Below, piece after piece: positions 32,367 through 41,018 of a DNA stretch of 45,291 nucleotides (positions are counted from its first letter, which is position 1; the number at the start of each line of letters is the position of its first letter). The stretch is from assembly GCA_033839185.1 (NCBI GenBank), contig JAJLKJ010000078.1, positions 1 to 45,291 of the forward strand, read 5' to 3'. A program made the translations under genes and the position numbers. This DNA comes from Gammaproteobacteria bacterium. Lineage in GTDB: Bacteria > Pseudomonadota > Gammaproteobacteria > SpSt-1174. Under the pieces are notes generated by a model. It worked only from the letters and a program-made list of their open reading frames with translations. It was not told where the DNA came from and did not search any database.

Positions 32367-34352
32367 TCAGGGCTCGATGCGCGGTGTGGTCAGGATGTCC
32401 TCGAGTCCGGTTTCCTTCGGGCGCAGTACCTCGGGCGGCGGCAGCTGGGTCACCAGCTCCTCCAGGTCGGGGAATACCGCCCGGGAGTCGCGGATCAGGC
32501 CACGCTCGCCAATCCCGGCCTCGAGCTGGCGGGCGCGCAGGTAGTCGTACTTGCGGCTGGTATAGGCGCCCGCCTCCACCGAGTCCTTGATGATCGCGGG
32601 ATGGATGAACACCATCAGGTTCTGCTTGATCTTCTGGGTGCTGTCGTAGCGGAACAGTCGCCCGAGCAGCGGGATGTCGCCGAGCAGAGGGACCTTTTCC
32701 TGCCGGTCGCGGAAGCTGTCCTCGATCAGTCCGCCGAGGACGAGGATCTGTCCGTCCTCGACGGTAACGGTGGTGCGCAGGGCACGCTTGTTGGTGATCA
32801 GGTCGGCTGCCGACGCCGCGGAACTGGCGATGCTGGAAACCTCCTGTTCGATGGCGAGCTTGATCCGGTTGCCCTCGTTGACCTGGGGCGTGACACGCAG
32901 GCTCAGCCCCACGTCCTGGCGCTGGATGGTCTGGAAGGGGTTGGTGACGGAGCCGGTGGTGCCGGTGGTGGTGTAGCTGCCGGTGACGAAGGGCACGTTC
33001 TGCCCGACCACGATCTCGGCCTCCTCGTTGTCGGTGGTCACCAGCGTCGGCGTGGAGAGGATGTTGGTGGCGGCATCGCCGGCCAGGGCGCGCAACACCG
33101 CGGCCCAGTTGGTCCGTCCCTCGCGCAGGTCGCCGACGCCGAGCAACAGGCCGACCGGCGGGGTGGCGGTGCCGCGCGCCACACTCAGGGCCGTTTCGGC
33201 GAGACCGCCGACGTTGCTCACGGCAACCGGGCCGCTGTCGTCGCCGCGCTCCGTACCGTCCACCGCCCAGGCCACGCCGAGATCGCGCGATAGATCGGTG
33301 GAGACCTCGGCAATGATCGCCTCGACCAGCACCTGGGCACGTGGGATGTCGAGCTGGCGCACCACCGAGGCGATGTTGCGCTGCATGTCGGCGGGGGCGG
33401 TGATGATCAGTGCGTTGTTGGTCTGGTCGGCCTGGATGTCGATTTCCTGGCTGGAAGCCGGCGGCTTGGCCTGCTGCCCCTGTTGCTGCTGGGACTTGGC
33501 CGTGCCCTGCAGTACCGCGACCAGTTCCTCCGCCTTGGCATACTTGAGGAAGATGACCTGGGTGCCGCCATAGGCCTCCAGCGGGGTGTCGAGGTGGGCG
33601 ATCAGCCCGCGGATGCGCAGGCGCGCCGGACGGTCGCCGGACAGGAGGATGGAGTTGGTACGGTCGTCGGCGGCCAGGATGGGCTTGCCGGGCGCACCCT
33701 GGCCCGCCTGTTCGCCCTGGCTCAGGGAGTTCACGATGCGCACGATCTCGCTGGCCGAGGCATGGCGCAGCTGTATGACCTCGATCTCCTCGCTCTCGGA
33801 GCGGTCGATCCGGCGCACGATCTCGACCAGGCGGTCGATGTTGGCCGCGCGATCCGAGATCACCAGGACGTTGGTGGCGGGGTAGGCGGCCAGGTGGCCC
33901 TGCTGGGGGACCAGCGGGCGCAGGATCGGCACGAGCTGGGCGGCAGGCACATGCCGGATCTGCAGCACGCGCGTGACGAGTTCGTCGCCGGTTCCGGGAC
34001 TGGTCTCGCTGACCGTGGGTACCGGCCCCTGGCGGGCGTTGGCATCGGGCACGATCTTGATGACCTCGCCCACCGGCACGGCGGCGTAGCCATGGACCTC
34101 GAGGATGGAGAGGAAGACCTGGTAGAGCTCCTCCTTTTCCATCGGGCGGGCGGTGATGACGGTGACGTTGGCCTTGACCCGCGGGTCGACGACGAAGTTG
34201 CGGCCGGTGACGCGCGACACCGTGTCCACCAGGGTGCGGATGTCGGCGTCCTTGAGATTGAGGCTGGCTTCGGCCTGCGCCCGGGCGGCGAGGGGCAGCG
34301 TTGCGATACAGCACAACAGCAGCAGTCCGGCAACCGATCGCAATGTCATCAT
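32367..34352 (-). CDS. gspD: Type II secretion secretin D
   Basis: Signal peptide, N0-N3 domains (LNLKDADIRTLVDTVSRVTGRNFVVDPRV) and a secretin core (VEDGQILVLGGLIEDSFRDRQEKVPLLGDIPLLGRLFR). Confidence 0.96.
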   Translation of the reverse strand: MMTLRSVAGLLLLCCIATLPLAARAQAEASLNLKDADIRTLVDTVSRVTGRNFVVDPRVKANVTVITARPMEKEELYQVFLSILEVHGYAAVPVGEVIKIVPDANARQGPVPTVSETSPGTGDELVTRVLQIRHVPAAQLVPILRPLVPQQGHLAAYPATNVLVISDRAANIDRLVEIVRRIDRSESEEIEVIQLRHASASEIVRIVNSLSQGEQAGQGAPGKPILAADDRTNSILLSGDRPARLRIRGLIAHLDTPLEAYGGTQVIFLKYAKAEELVAVLQGTAKSQQQQGQQAKPPASSQEIDIQADQTNNALIITAPADMQRNIASVVRQLDIPRAQVLVEAIIAEVSTDLSRDLGVAWAVDGTERGDDSGPVAVSNVGGLAETALSVARGTATPPVGLLLGVGDLREGRTNWAAVLRALAGDAATNILSTPTLVTTDNEEAEIVVGQNVPFVTGSYTTTGTTGSVTNPFQTIQRQDVGLSLRVTPQVNEGNRIKLAIEQEVSSIASSAASAADLITNKRALRTTVTVEDGQILVLGGLIEDSFRDRQEKVPLLGDIPLLGRLFRYDSTQKIKQNLMVFIHPAIIKDSVEAGAYTSRKYDYLRARQLEAGIGERGLIRDSRAVFPDLEELVTQLPPPEVLRPKETGLEDILTTPRIEP

Positions 34353-34403
34353 ATCGAGTCCGTCATCCCGGTTTGGGGGTCGCGTCTGCGCCCCGAGGTG
34401 TTC

Positions 34404-35258
34404 TTATTTACCGATGGTGGCCTGTATGGTCTGCGCCGACCCGTCGCGCAGCACCGTCACGTTGAGCGTGCTGGCCGTGGCCAGCTGGCGCAGCACGATG
34501 ATGCCGGCCTCGGGCCTGTTCAGCGCGATGCCGTTGACCTCGGTGACCACGTCGCCCGGCCTGAGGCCCGCCTGCTCGAAGAGCGGCAGGGGTTGCCTTG
34601 GTGTCAGGCGATAGCCGATCAGGCGCCCGTTGTCCATCACCGGCTCGGCGGCGATGGCCTCGGCCAGGCGCGCCGGGTTGCGCAATGCGTCGTTACGATA
34701 GCGCGCTAACTGGGCCGCAACATTGTCCTGTGTCATTTCGGCCGCATCGGGGCGGCCGGTACCCAGTGCGTTGTCGAGTGTCTCCAGCGGCAGTTTCAGG
34801 GTTTCCAGCTGGCCGTTACGCTCGAGAATGACGCGGTCGGGGTAGACCGATCGCAGTGTGGCATTGCCCGGCAGGTTGTCGCCGATGCCGTACAGGGTGG
34901 CCTGCCGCTGGCCCGGGACGATGATCGCCAGGGCGGAGGCGTCGCCGGTGGCATAGACGCCGACGAGCTTCAGGTCGAGCCGGGTCTCCGGGGCGTCGGC
35001 AGGCGTGTCACCAAGGACCTCGGCGGTGCCGAACAGGTGCTTCAATGCCAGCGGGATGGCCGGGTTCTGCGCCTGGATGCGGGGCGTGGTTGCCGGCGTT
35101 GGTGCCGGCATGACGACCTCGATCGGCGGGTGGGGGGTGATGAACTGCCAGGTCAGGCCGGACAGGGTCCTGGCCAGTAGCGCCAGCACGGCCAGCAACA
35201 CCAGGCGGAACAGCCAGGGTTCGTGGCGCAGCCAGTTGCCGAGATGGGTGGACGTCAT
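34404..35258 (-). CDS. gspC: Type II secretion protein C (TM anchor, HR domain, C-terminal PDZ)
   Basis: N-terminal TM LFRLVLLAVLALLA. PDZ-like GLRPGDVVTEVNGIALNRPEAG. First gsp gene of the cluster. Confidence 0.88.
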   Translation of the reverse strand: MTSTHLGNWLRHEPWLFRLVLLAVLALLARTLSGLTWQFITPHPPIEVVMPAPTPATTPRIQAQNPAIPLALKHLFGTAEVLGDTPADAPETRLDLKLVGVYATGDASALAIIVPGQRQATLYGIGDNLPGNATLRSVYPDRVILERNGQLETLKLPLETLDNALGTGRPDAAEMTQDNVAAQLARYRNDALRNPARLAEAIAAEPVMDNGRLIGYRLTPRQPLPLFEQAGLRPGDVVTEVNGIALNRPEAGIIVLRQLATASTLNVTVLRDGSAQTIQATIGK

Positions 35259-35500
35259 TTCACGGGTGTCGGCAGGTTGCGTATGAGGTCCAGGCGGATC
35301 AGGTGGTCGATATCCTTCTCGTCCCGGGCGCGCAGATAGCGGCGCTGGTCACGTTCGATGATCTCCTGCGGCCAGAGGGTGCCGAGAAAGGCCTGGTTGC
35401 CTTCTTCCTCGGCCCACTGCAGCTTGAGCTTTTCGCCGCAGAGAATGGCGATCTCGAGGCGTTCCTCGACGTGGGCCGGTACGGGTGTATAGGGTTTCAT
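35255..35500 (-). CDS. Small 81-aa protein, candidate Rof-like (Rho-binding antiterminator family) protein
   Basis: Pattern Y-x-P-V...ERLEIA...KLKL ... RYL......LIRLDLI resembles my recollection of E. coli Rof/YaeO (YQPI..YDNLELA...LTLEL ... EYL ... LRLDKI). The stop overlaps the gspC start (ATGA at 35255-35258). The family call is tentative. Confidence 0.4.
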   Translation of the reverse strand: MKPYTPVPAHVEERLEIAILCGEKLKLQWAEEEGNQAFLGTLWPQEIIERDQRRYLRARDEKDIDHLIRLDLIRNLPTPVK

Positions 35501-35545
35501 GGCCTGATATGTCGTCTGTAGCTATGGTTGATCATAGTCGGTGAA

Positions 35546-36205
35546 TCATGGCTTTTTGAAGCCTGCAGGGTCGTGTAGCCCCAGTTCGGCAAAGGCCGCA
35601 CGGCGTTTCTCGCACTGCGGGCAGGCCCCGCATTGCTGCGGATAGCCGAGCAGGCAGCTGTAGCTCTGGTGATAGTCTACGCCGAGCTCGAGTCCCAGCG
35701 CGATGATCTCGCGCTTGCTGCGATCGATCAGCGGGGTGGTGATGTCGATGGCCTCCAGTGTGCGTGCCAGCGACCGCAGGCGCTCGACAAAGTCGCCGGA
35801 GGCGCTGGCATAGGCAGCGGTGTCCTCGCGGTTCAGGGCGAGGGCGACGGCCGTGGCCTGCTGCTGTGCCGCGAAGCTGATGGCGAGGCTGGCGATCACC
35901 AGGTTGCGATGCGGCAGCGGCACGTGCAGCCGTCGTTCCTGGCCGGCGCGAAAGCCCTCCCCCACGGCGGCCATGTCCAGTTCGCGCAGGGACAGGCCGA
36001 GCACGGCACACTGGGCCCGGGCCGCCTCCCGCTCGCGCGCAGCGGCACGCTGGCCATAATCGATGAACAGCGGGTGGACGCGGCCCTCGCGGTGGAGCAG
36101 ATGCAGCAGCGTCGCGCTTTCGATGCCTCCGCTGAGCAGCAGTACGGAACCCTCGCGGCCGGGTGTGTCCAATGGGCTGTGCAGGCGGGTTTCCTCCATG
36201 GTCAA
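35546..36205 (-). CDS. QueC-family PP-loop ATPase (7-cyano-7-deazaguanine synthase-like), divergent
   Basis: PP-loop LLLSGGIESATL, DYGQR, VPLPHRNL, TPLIDRSKREII and a C-terminal zinc motif C-x7-C-x2-C-x2-C (SCLLGYPQQCGACPQCEKRR). It has SGGIES instead of the usual SGGxDS and is shorter than E. coli QueC. Confidence 0.7.
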   Translation of the reverse strand: MTMEETRLHSPLDTPGREGSVLLLSGGIESATLLHLLHREGRVHPLFIDYGQRAAAREREAARAQCAVLGLSLRELDMAAVGEGFRAGQERRLHVPLPHRNLVIASLAISFAAQQQATAVALALNREDTAAYASASGDFVERLRSLARTLEAIDITTPLIDRSKREIIALGLELGVDYHQSYSCLLGYPQQCGACPQCEKRRAAFAELGLHDPAGFKKP

Positions 36206-36301
36206 TCCTGTGGTGTCGGCCGGTCTGTCAGGCAGGACGATTTATGCGAAGATAATGCACCTGCGGCGCCGCCCCGCGCGTCACCCAGAGTATCTCAGCT
36301 G

Positions 36302-36631
36302 ATGAATGATTCGATCCACAATTTCCCGGCGGGCTTCTGCCCGGGCCAGCTCGTACGCCACCGGCTGTTCGGCTATCGCGGCGTGATCTACGATGTCGAT
36401 CCCGTCTTCGATGAAAGCGACGAGTGGTACGAGGCGATGGCCGGTACCCGCCCGCCAAGGGATCGTCCCTGGTACCGGGTGCTGGTCGACGGCCAGCCGG
36501 TGACGACCTATGTCGCCGAACGCAATCTGGAGGCGGATGACAGCGCCATGCCCGTCGATCACCCCCTGGTCGAGGCCTTTTTCACCGGGTTCCAGGCCGG
36601 CAGCTACCGTCTGCGCGTGAGTACGAACTGA
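36302..36631 (+). CDS. hspQ: Heat-shock protein HspQ (YccV hemimethylated-DNA-binding domain)
   Basis: GQLVRHRLFGYRGVIYDVDPVF ... PWYRVLVDG...TYVAERNLE matches the HspQ pattern. 109 aa. Confidence 0.85.
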   Translation: MNDSIHNFPAGFCPGQLVRHRLFGYRGVIYDVDPVFDESDEWYEAMAGTRPPRDRPWYRVLVDGQPVTTYVAERNLEADDSAMPVDHPLVEAFFTGFQAGSYRLRVSTN

Positions 36632-36633
36632 TC

Positions 36634-37086
36634 ATGCTGGGCGCGATCAGGCAGTTTTTCGCCGAGCAGCTGGGGGCCGAAGAGAGTGGGACCGACGATG
36701 CCCATACCCTGCACATGGCGTCGGCCATGCTGTTGCTGGAGGTGAGCCGGGCGGACTTCTCCGTCGAGCCTGCGGAACTGGCAGTGGTCGCCGGCATCCT
36801 GCGACGCCAGTTCGGGTTCTCCGGGCAGGAGGTCGACGAGCTCGTCGATCTGGCCCGGCGGCACAGTGACGAGACGCATTCGATCCATCCTTTTCTGCGG
36901 CTGCTCAACGAGCACTGCGATGCCGGCGAGAAGGAGCAGATGATCGAGGATCTGTGGCGTGTGGCCTATGCGGACGACCGGCTGGACAAATACGAGGAGC
37001 ATCAGATACGCAAGATCGCGGATCTGCTGTATGTGCCGCATGCCACCTTCATTCGCACCAAGCACCGTGTCCAGGCCGGGGAGTGA
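36634..37086 (+). CDS. TerB-family (tellurite-resistance TerB-like / DjlA N-domain-like) protein
   Basis: 150 aa. ASAMLLLEVSRADFSVEPAELAVVAGILRRQF ... EDLWRVAYADDRLDKYEEHQIRKIADLLYV is typical of the TerB fold. Starts 2 nt after the hspQ stop. Confidence 0.65.
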   Translation: MLGAIRQFFAEQLGAEESGTDDAHTLHMASAMLLLEVSRADFSVEPAELAVVAGILRRQFGFSGQEVDELVDLARRHSDETHSIHPFLRLLNEHCDAGEKEQMIEDLWRVAYADDRLDKYEEHQIRKIADLLYVPHATFIRTKHRVQAGE

Positions 37087-37097
37087 ACATGGCACGC

Positions 37098-37140
37098 CAG
37101 CAACGAAAAAGGGGCCTCAAAGGCCCCTTTTTCGTTGCTG
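37098..37140. terminator. Bidirectional rho-independent terminator
   Basis: Long palindrome cagcaacgaaaaaggggcc-tcaaa-ggcccctttttcgttgctg between convergent genes. Confidence 0.9.
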
Positions 37141-37153
37141 GCGAGGACGGACC

Positions 37154-37510
37154 TCAGACCATGTCTTTCAGCCCCTTGAGCGGCTGCACCTTCACGACCT
37201 TGCGGGCCGGCTTGGCCTTGAACACGGTCTCTTCGCCGGTGAAGGGGTTGATGCCCTTGCGTGCCTTGGTGGCCGGCTTCTTGATGACCTTGATCTTCAT
37301 GAGCCCCGGCACGGTGAAGGCGCCCGGACCGCGGGCCTTCAGGTTCTTGCCAATCATGCCGTTCAGCGAATCGAACACGGCGCTCACGTCCTTGCGGGTG
37401 AGGCCCGTTTCGCCGGCGATATGGTTTAGAATTTCGGACTTGGTCGGCGGCTTGGCAACGGCGCTGGCGGTTGCGGTTTTTTTCGTAGCGGCCTTTTTCT
37501 TTGCAGCCAT
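37154..37510 (-). CDS. HU/IHF-family DNA-binding protein with a Lys/Ala-rich N-terminal extension
   Basis: N-terminal MAAKKKAATKKTATASAVAKPPTK tail, followed by an HU fold (SEILNHIAGETGLTRKDVSAVFDSLNGMIGKNL ... RKGINPFTGEETVFKAKPARKVVKVQPLKGLKDMV). GGAG SD upstream of the ATG at 37510. Confidence 0.85.
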   Translation of the reverse strand: MAAKKKAATKKTATASAVAKPPTKSEILNHIAGETGLTRKDVSAVFDSLNGMIGKNLKARGPGAFTVPGLMKIKVIKKPATKARKGINPFTGEETVFKAKPARKVVKVQPLKGLKDMV

Positions 37511-37613
37511 TGGCAACTCCTTCGGATGGTATGACGGCGATTTGCCGGGTAAGGTCGGGGCAAAGATAGCACGCTGTCTGCGTGGGCGCGAGTGATAATA
37601 TGCTTGTATATAA

Positions 37614-38342
37614 GTGTTTTCTTCAATTCGACGGGTTGTCGGCGTGGACCTGCTGACGCTCTGTCTCACGGCCTTTGCCTCGGGATTGCTCGGCGGTGTG
37701 CACTGCGTGGGCATGTGCGGCGGCGTGGTGGGTGCCATGACCTTCGGCCTGCCGGAGCAGGAGCGGCGTCCCGGTGGCCGCCTGCTGCTGTTTCTGGCCG
37801 GCTACAATCTCGGCCGTATCGCGAGCTACATGCTGGCCGGCCTCATCGTCGGCGGTGTCGCCGGGCTGGCGGTGGGGCTGGTCGACCTGCGTGCGGCAAC
37901 CATGGCGCTGTTGCTGCTGGCGGGCATCTTCATGCTCCTGCTCGGGCTGTATCTGGCGGGATGGTGGCGGGGGCTGGCGCAGATCGAGCGTCTGGGTGGC
38001 CTGCTGTGGCGCCGCATCGAACCCCTGGCGCGTCGCCTGATGATCGTGCGTACCCCCTGGCAGACGCTGCCCATGGGGCTGGTCTGGGGCTGGCTGCCCT
38101 GCGGGCTCGTCTACAGCGCGTTGATCCTCGCGCTGGCGGCCGGCGGTCCGCTGGAGGGGGCGCTGGTGATGCTGAGTTTCGGTCTGGGCACCCTGCCCAA
38201 CCTGATGCTGATCGGCGTGTTCGCGGCCCAGCTCTCCCGCTTCACGCGCAACCCGCGGGTGCGGGTCGTGGCCGGCCTGCTGGTGATGGGCTTCGGGGTG
38301 TATTACCTGGTGCTGGCGCTGACCGGTTCGCTGCCGGCCTGA
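37614..38342 (+). CDS. Integral membrane protein, DsbD_2 / TauE-SafE-like family
   Basis: Six or more TM helices and the motif GLLGGVHCVGMCGGVVGA typical of the DsbD_2-type (PF13386-like) family. GTG start at 37614 or 37644. Confidence 0.6.
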   Translation: MFSSIRRVVGVDLLTLCLTAFASGLLGGVHCVGMCGGVVGAMTFGLPEQERRPGGRLLLFLAGYNLGRIASYMLAGLIVGGVAGLAVGLVDLRAATMALLLLAGIFMLLLGLYLAGWWRGLAQIERLGGLLWRRIEPLARRLMIVRTPWQTLPMGLVWGWLPCGLVYSALILALAAGGPLEGALVMLSFGLGTLPNLMLIGVFAAQLSRFTRNPRVRVVAGLLVMGFGVYYLVLALTGSLPA

Positions 38343-38376
38343 AGCCGGCCGCGGGTGATCCCGCGACCGGGCTGTC

Positions 38377-38823
38377 TCAGTTGACGAAGAACTGCTGGCG
38401 GAAGCTCAGGGTTCCGCGCGGCCCGCCCTCCGGCACCACCTCCACCGTGAAGTCCACCGTCTCGCCGTCGACGATGCGGAAGTCGGCGATGTAGTAGATG
38501 GAATCCTGGTCGACGATCTCGCGCACGGTCAGCGGCTTCACCTGCTGGTTGAGGTTCACGGCGCGCACGCTGATCTGGGCCCTGACCGGCTGGTTGGGCA
38601 CGCCGGCCGTGCGCCTGAGCACGGAGAAGGTCACCATGGCGCGGTTGGCGCTGCGCTGGATGTCGTAGGCCCGCGCCGTTTCCGGGGCGAGGAAGTCGGT
38701 GCCCAGCGCGTTGTAGTGGACGACGAAGTCACCGATCTCCTGGAACTTCTCGGCCTGGGCGGCCGGGACGAGGGCGATGAGCAGGAACAGGACCAAAGCC
38801 GAGATGCGCCTGGCGTGAGTCAT
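38377..38823 (-). CDS. DUF4426-like periplasmic protein
   Basis: Signal peptide MTHARRISALVLFLLIALVPAAQA|EK, then FQEIGDFVVHYNALGTDFLAPETARAYDIQRS. Position downstream of metW matches P. aeruginosa PA0388. Confidence 0.65.
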   Translation of the reverse strand: MTHARRISALVLFLLIALVPAAQAEKFQEIGDFVVHYNALGTDFLAPETARAYDIQRSANRAMVTFSVLRRTAGVPNQPVRAQISVRAVNLNQQVKPLTVREIVDQDSIYYIADFRIVDGETVDFTVEVVPEGGPRGTLSFRQQFFVN

Positions 38824-38898
38824 GGGCGGATCCTCCATTGCTTGTTGTTATGTAGGGAGTGTAGGCGAAGATTCCCCCCTCGCCAGCCATGGCCGTGA

Positions 38899-39495
38899 TC
38901 AGCCGCGGCAGAAGCGGTACAGGGCGATCTCGCCGAGCAGGTTGGGCAGGACGTGCATGCCGTGGTGGCGGCGATGTGCGGCGTCCACCACCTCGCGCTG
39001 CAGGATGTGTATGCCGCGCTCGCGGCACAGGGCCTCGAAGTCGCGGATGGTGCACAGGTGGATGTTGGGCGTGTCGTACCAGGCGTTGGGCAGGGTGCGC
39101 GAGACCGGCATGCGGCCCCTGAACGCCAGGTGCAGCCGGTTCTTCCAGTGCCCCATGTTGGGGAAGGTGACGATGCCTTCGCGGCCGACGCGCAGCATCT
39201 CGTCGAGCAGGCGTTCGGGGTGCGTCATCGCCTGCAGGGTCTGCGACATGATGACGTAGTCGAAGGAGTCCTCGTCGAAGAACACGGACAGCCCGTCGTC
39301 CAGGTCGGTCTGGATGACGTTCGCCCCCTTGTCGATGCAGGCGACGATGTTGTCGTCGTCGATCTCCAGGCCGTAGCCGGTGACGTCGCGCTGCGTCTCC
39401 AGGTGTGCGAGCAGCGTGCCGTCGCCGCAGCCCAGGTCCAGCACCCGCGAGCCCGGCTCGATCCATTCGGCGATGATGGCCAGATCGGGACGCAT
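38899..39495 (-). CDS. metW: Methionine biosynthesis protein MetW
   Basis: [32 protein letters not shown] (SAM-MTase-like fold, MetW signature). The ATG overlaps the metX TGA. The upstream part of the 553-aa track ORF is a shadow frame. Confidence 0.92.
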   Translation of the reverse strand: MRPDLAIIAEWIEPGSRVLDLGCGDGTLLAHLETQRDVTGYGLEIDDDNIVACIDKGANVIQTDLDDGLSVFFDEDSFDYVIMSQTLQAMTHPERLLDEMLRVGREGIVTFPNMGHWKNRLHLAFRGRMPVSRTLPNAWYDTPNIHLCTIRDFEALCRERGIHILQREVVDAAHRRHHGMHVLPNLLGEIALYRFCRG

Positions 39496-40640
39496 CAGCC
39501 GATCTCCTCTTCGACGCGGCGCATGTAGCTGTAGAGCACCTTCATGTACTGCGGGATCGGCAGCAGGAAGGCATCGTGGCCGTGGTGGGCCTCCACCTCG
39601 GCATAGCTCACCACCCGGTCGGCATCCAGCAGGGCGCGGGTGATCTCGCGCGAGCGCTGCGGCGCGAAGCGCCAGTCGCTGGTGAAGGACACCACCAGGA
39701 ACTCCGCGCTGGCGCGGCGGAAGGCCTCGGCCAGGTCGCCCTCGTAGTCGTGCGCCGGATCGAAGTAGTCCAGCGCCTTGGTCATGAGCAGGTAGGTGTT
39801 GGCGTCGAAGCGCTCGACGAAGGACTCGCCCTGGTAGCGCAGATAGCTCTCGATCTGGAATTCCACGTCGAAGCCGAAGTTGATCTTGCCCTCGCGCAGG
39901 TCGCGGCCGAACTTGGCGCGCATGGCCTCGTCCGAGAGGTAGGTGATGTGGCCGAGCATGCGCGCCAGGCGCAGGCCGCGACGCGGCACCGTGTCGTGGG
40001 CGTAGAAATGCCCCTCGTGGAATTCCGGGTCGGTGAGGATGGCCTGGCGGGCCACCTCGTTGAAGGCGATGTTCTGCGCCGAGAGCTTGGGCGCGGCGGC
40101 GATGACGATGGCGTGGCGCAGGCGCTCGGGCAGGTCGATGGCCCACTGCATCACCTGCATGCCGCCGAGGCTGCCGCCGATCACGGCGGCCCATTGCTCG
40201 ATGCCGAGCATGTCGGCGAGGCGCGCCTGACTCTTCACCCAGTCCTTGACCGTGACGATGGGGAAATCGGCCCCCCACTCCCTGCCGGTCGCGGGGTTGA
40301 GCTGGTTGGGGCCGCTCGAACCCTTGCAGCCACCCAGGTTGTTGAGCGAGACGATGAAGTACTTGCTGGTGTCGAAGGGCTTGCCCGGGCCGATGCAGCT
40401 GTCCCACCAGCCGGGCTTGCGGTCTTCCATGCGGTGATAGCCGGCGGCATGGTGGTCGCCGGACAGGGCATGGCAGATCAGGATGGCGTTGGAACGCGCG
40501 GCGTTGAGCTCGCCGTAGGTCTCGTAGACCAGATCGTATTCCACGAGCGCACGCCCGCATTCCAGCTCGAGCGGCTGGTCGAAATGCAGCGTCTGGGGGG
40601 ATACCAGGCCGACGGAATCGGCGGGTATGGTCTCCGGCAT
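39495..40640 (-). CDS. metX: Homoserine O-acyltransferase MetX (acetyl/succinyl)
   Basis: Alpha/beta-hydrolase MetX motifs: CHALSGDHH, nucleophile elbow [15 protein letters not shown]. 381 aa. metX-metW pair. Confidence 0.95.
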   Translation of the reverse strand: MPETIPADSVGLVSPQTLHFDQPLELECGRALVEYDLVYETYGELNAARSNAILICHALSGDHHAAGYHRMEDRKPGWWDSCIGPGKPFDTSKYFIVSLNNLGGCKGSSGPNQLNPATGREWGADFPIVTVKDWVKSQARLADMLGIEQWAAVIGGSLGGMQVMQWAIDLPERLRHAIVIAAAPKLSAQNIAFNEVARQAILTDPEFHEGHFYAHDTVPRRGLRLARMLGHITYLSDEAMRAKFGRDLREGKINFGFDVEFQIESYLRYQGESFVERFDANTYLLMTKALDYFDPAHDYEGDLAEAFRRASAEFLVVSFTSDWRFAPQRSREITRALLDADRVVSYAEVEAHHGHDAFLLPIPQYMKVLYSYMRRVEEEIG

Positions 40641-40682
40641 CGTGGGAATCGTGTGTCTGGCTGGGAAAAAAGTCGTCTGAGT

Positions 40683-41018
40683 CTAATGATGGGGTCCGGC
40701 GGATGCAACCGGCCCCCTCCCGCTGCCGGGGATGATCGGCGGCAGCCGGCGCGGTGCGCGGATGCGCAGGCGCTTGTCGCGGCCGGTCTCGCCCGCCAGC
40801 AGCTCGATGCTCCCCCGGGGTACGCCGAACGTCCTGGCGAGGAAGACGGTCAGGGCGGCATTCGCCTGGCCGTCCACCGGCGGTGCGGTGAGCCGGACCT
40901 TGAGCCGGTCGCCCAGCACCTCGGCGAAGCCGTCGCGACTGGCGCGCGGCTGCACCTTCAGGTTGAGGATGAGGTCCCCGTCCTCCCAGCGGAAGAAGGC
41001 GCCGGCGGCTTCAGACAT
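40683..41018 (-). CDS. DUF167 (YggU) family protein
   Basis: LNLKVQPRASRDGFAEVLGDRLKVRLTAPPVDGQANAALTVFLARTFGV is the DUF167 signature. Confidence 0.85.
   Translation of the reverse strand: MSEAAGAFFRWEDGDLILNLKVQPRASRDGFAEVLGDRLKVRLTAPPVDGQANAALTVFLARTFGVPRGSIELLAGETGRDKRLRIRAPRRLPPIIPGSGRGPVASAGPHH

Noticed and set aside
35546-36205. QueC-like gene as part of a 7-deazaguanine DNA-modification (Dpd) or CBASS-type defence system.
   Set aside because: No partner genes (DpdA/TGT-like, helicases, nucleases, cyclases, OGG-like) are present anywhere in the window. The neighbours are housekeeping or secretion genes.
36206-36301. Sigma-32 heat-shock promoter upstream of hspQ.
   Set aside because: I found no convincing CTTGAA-N13-14-CCCCATNT match. 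Only a generic gataat -10-like hexamer is visible.
39496-40560. Upstream part of the 553-aa ORF in the metW frame.
   Set aside because: It overlaps metX in another frame with low-complexity translation. The MetW signature begins at the ATG at 39495, which is coupled to the metX stop.
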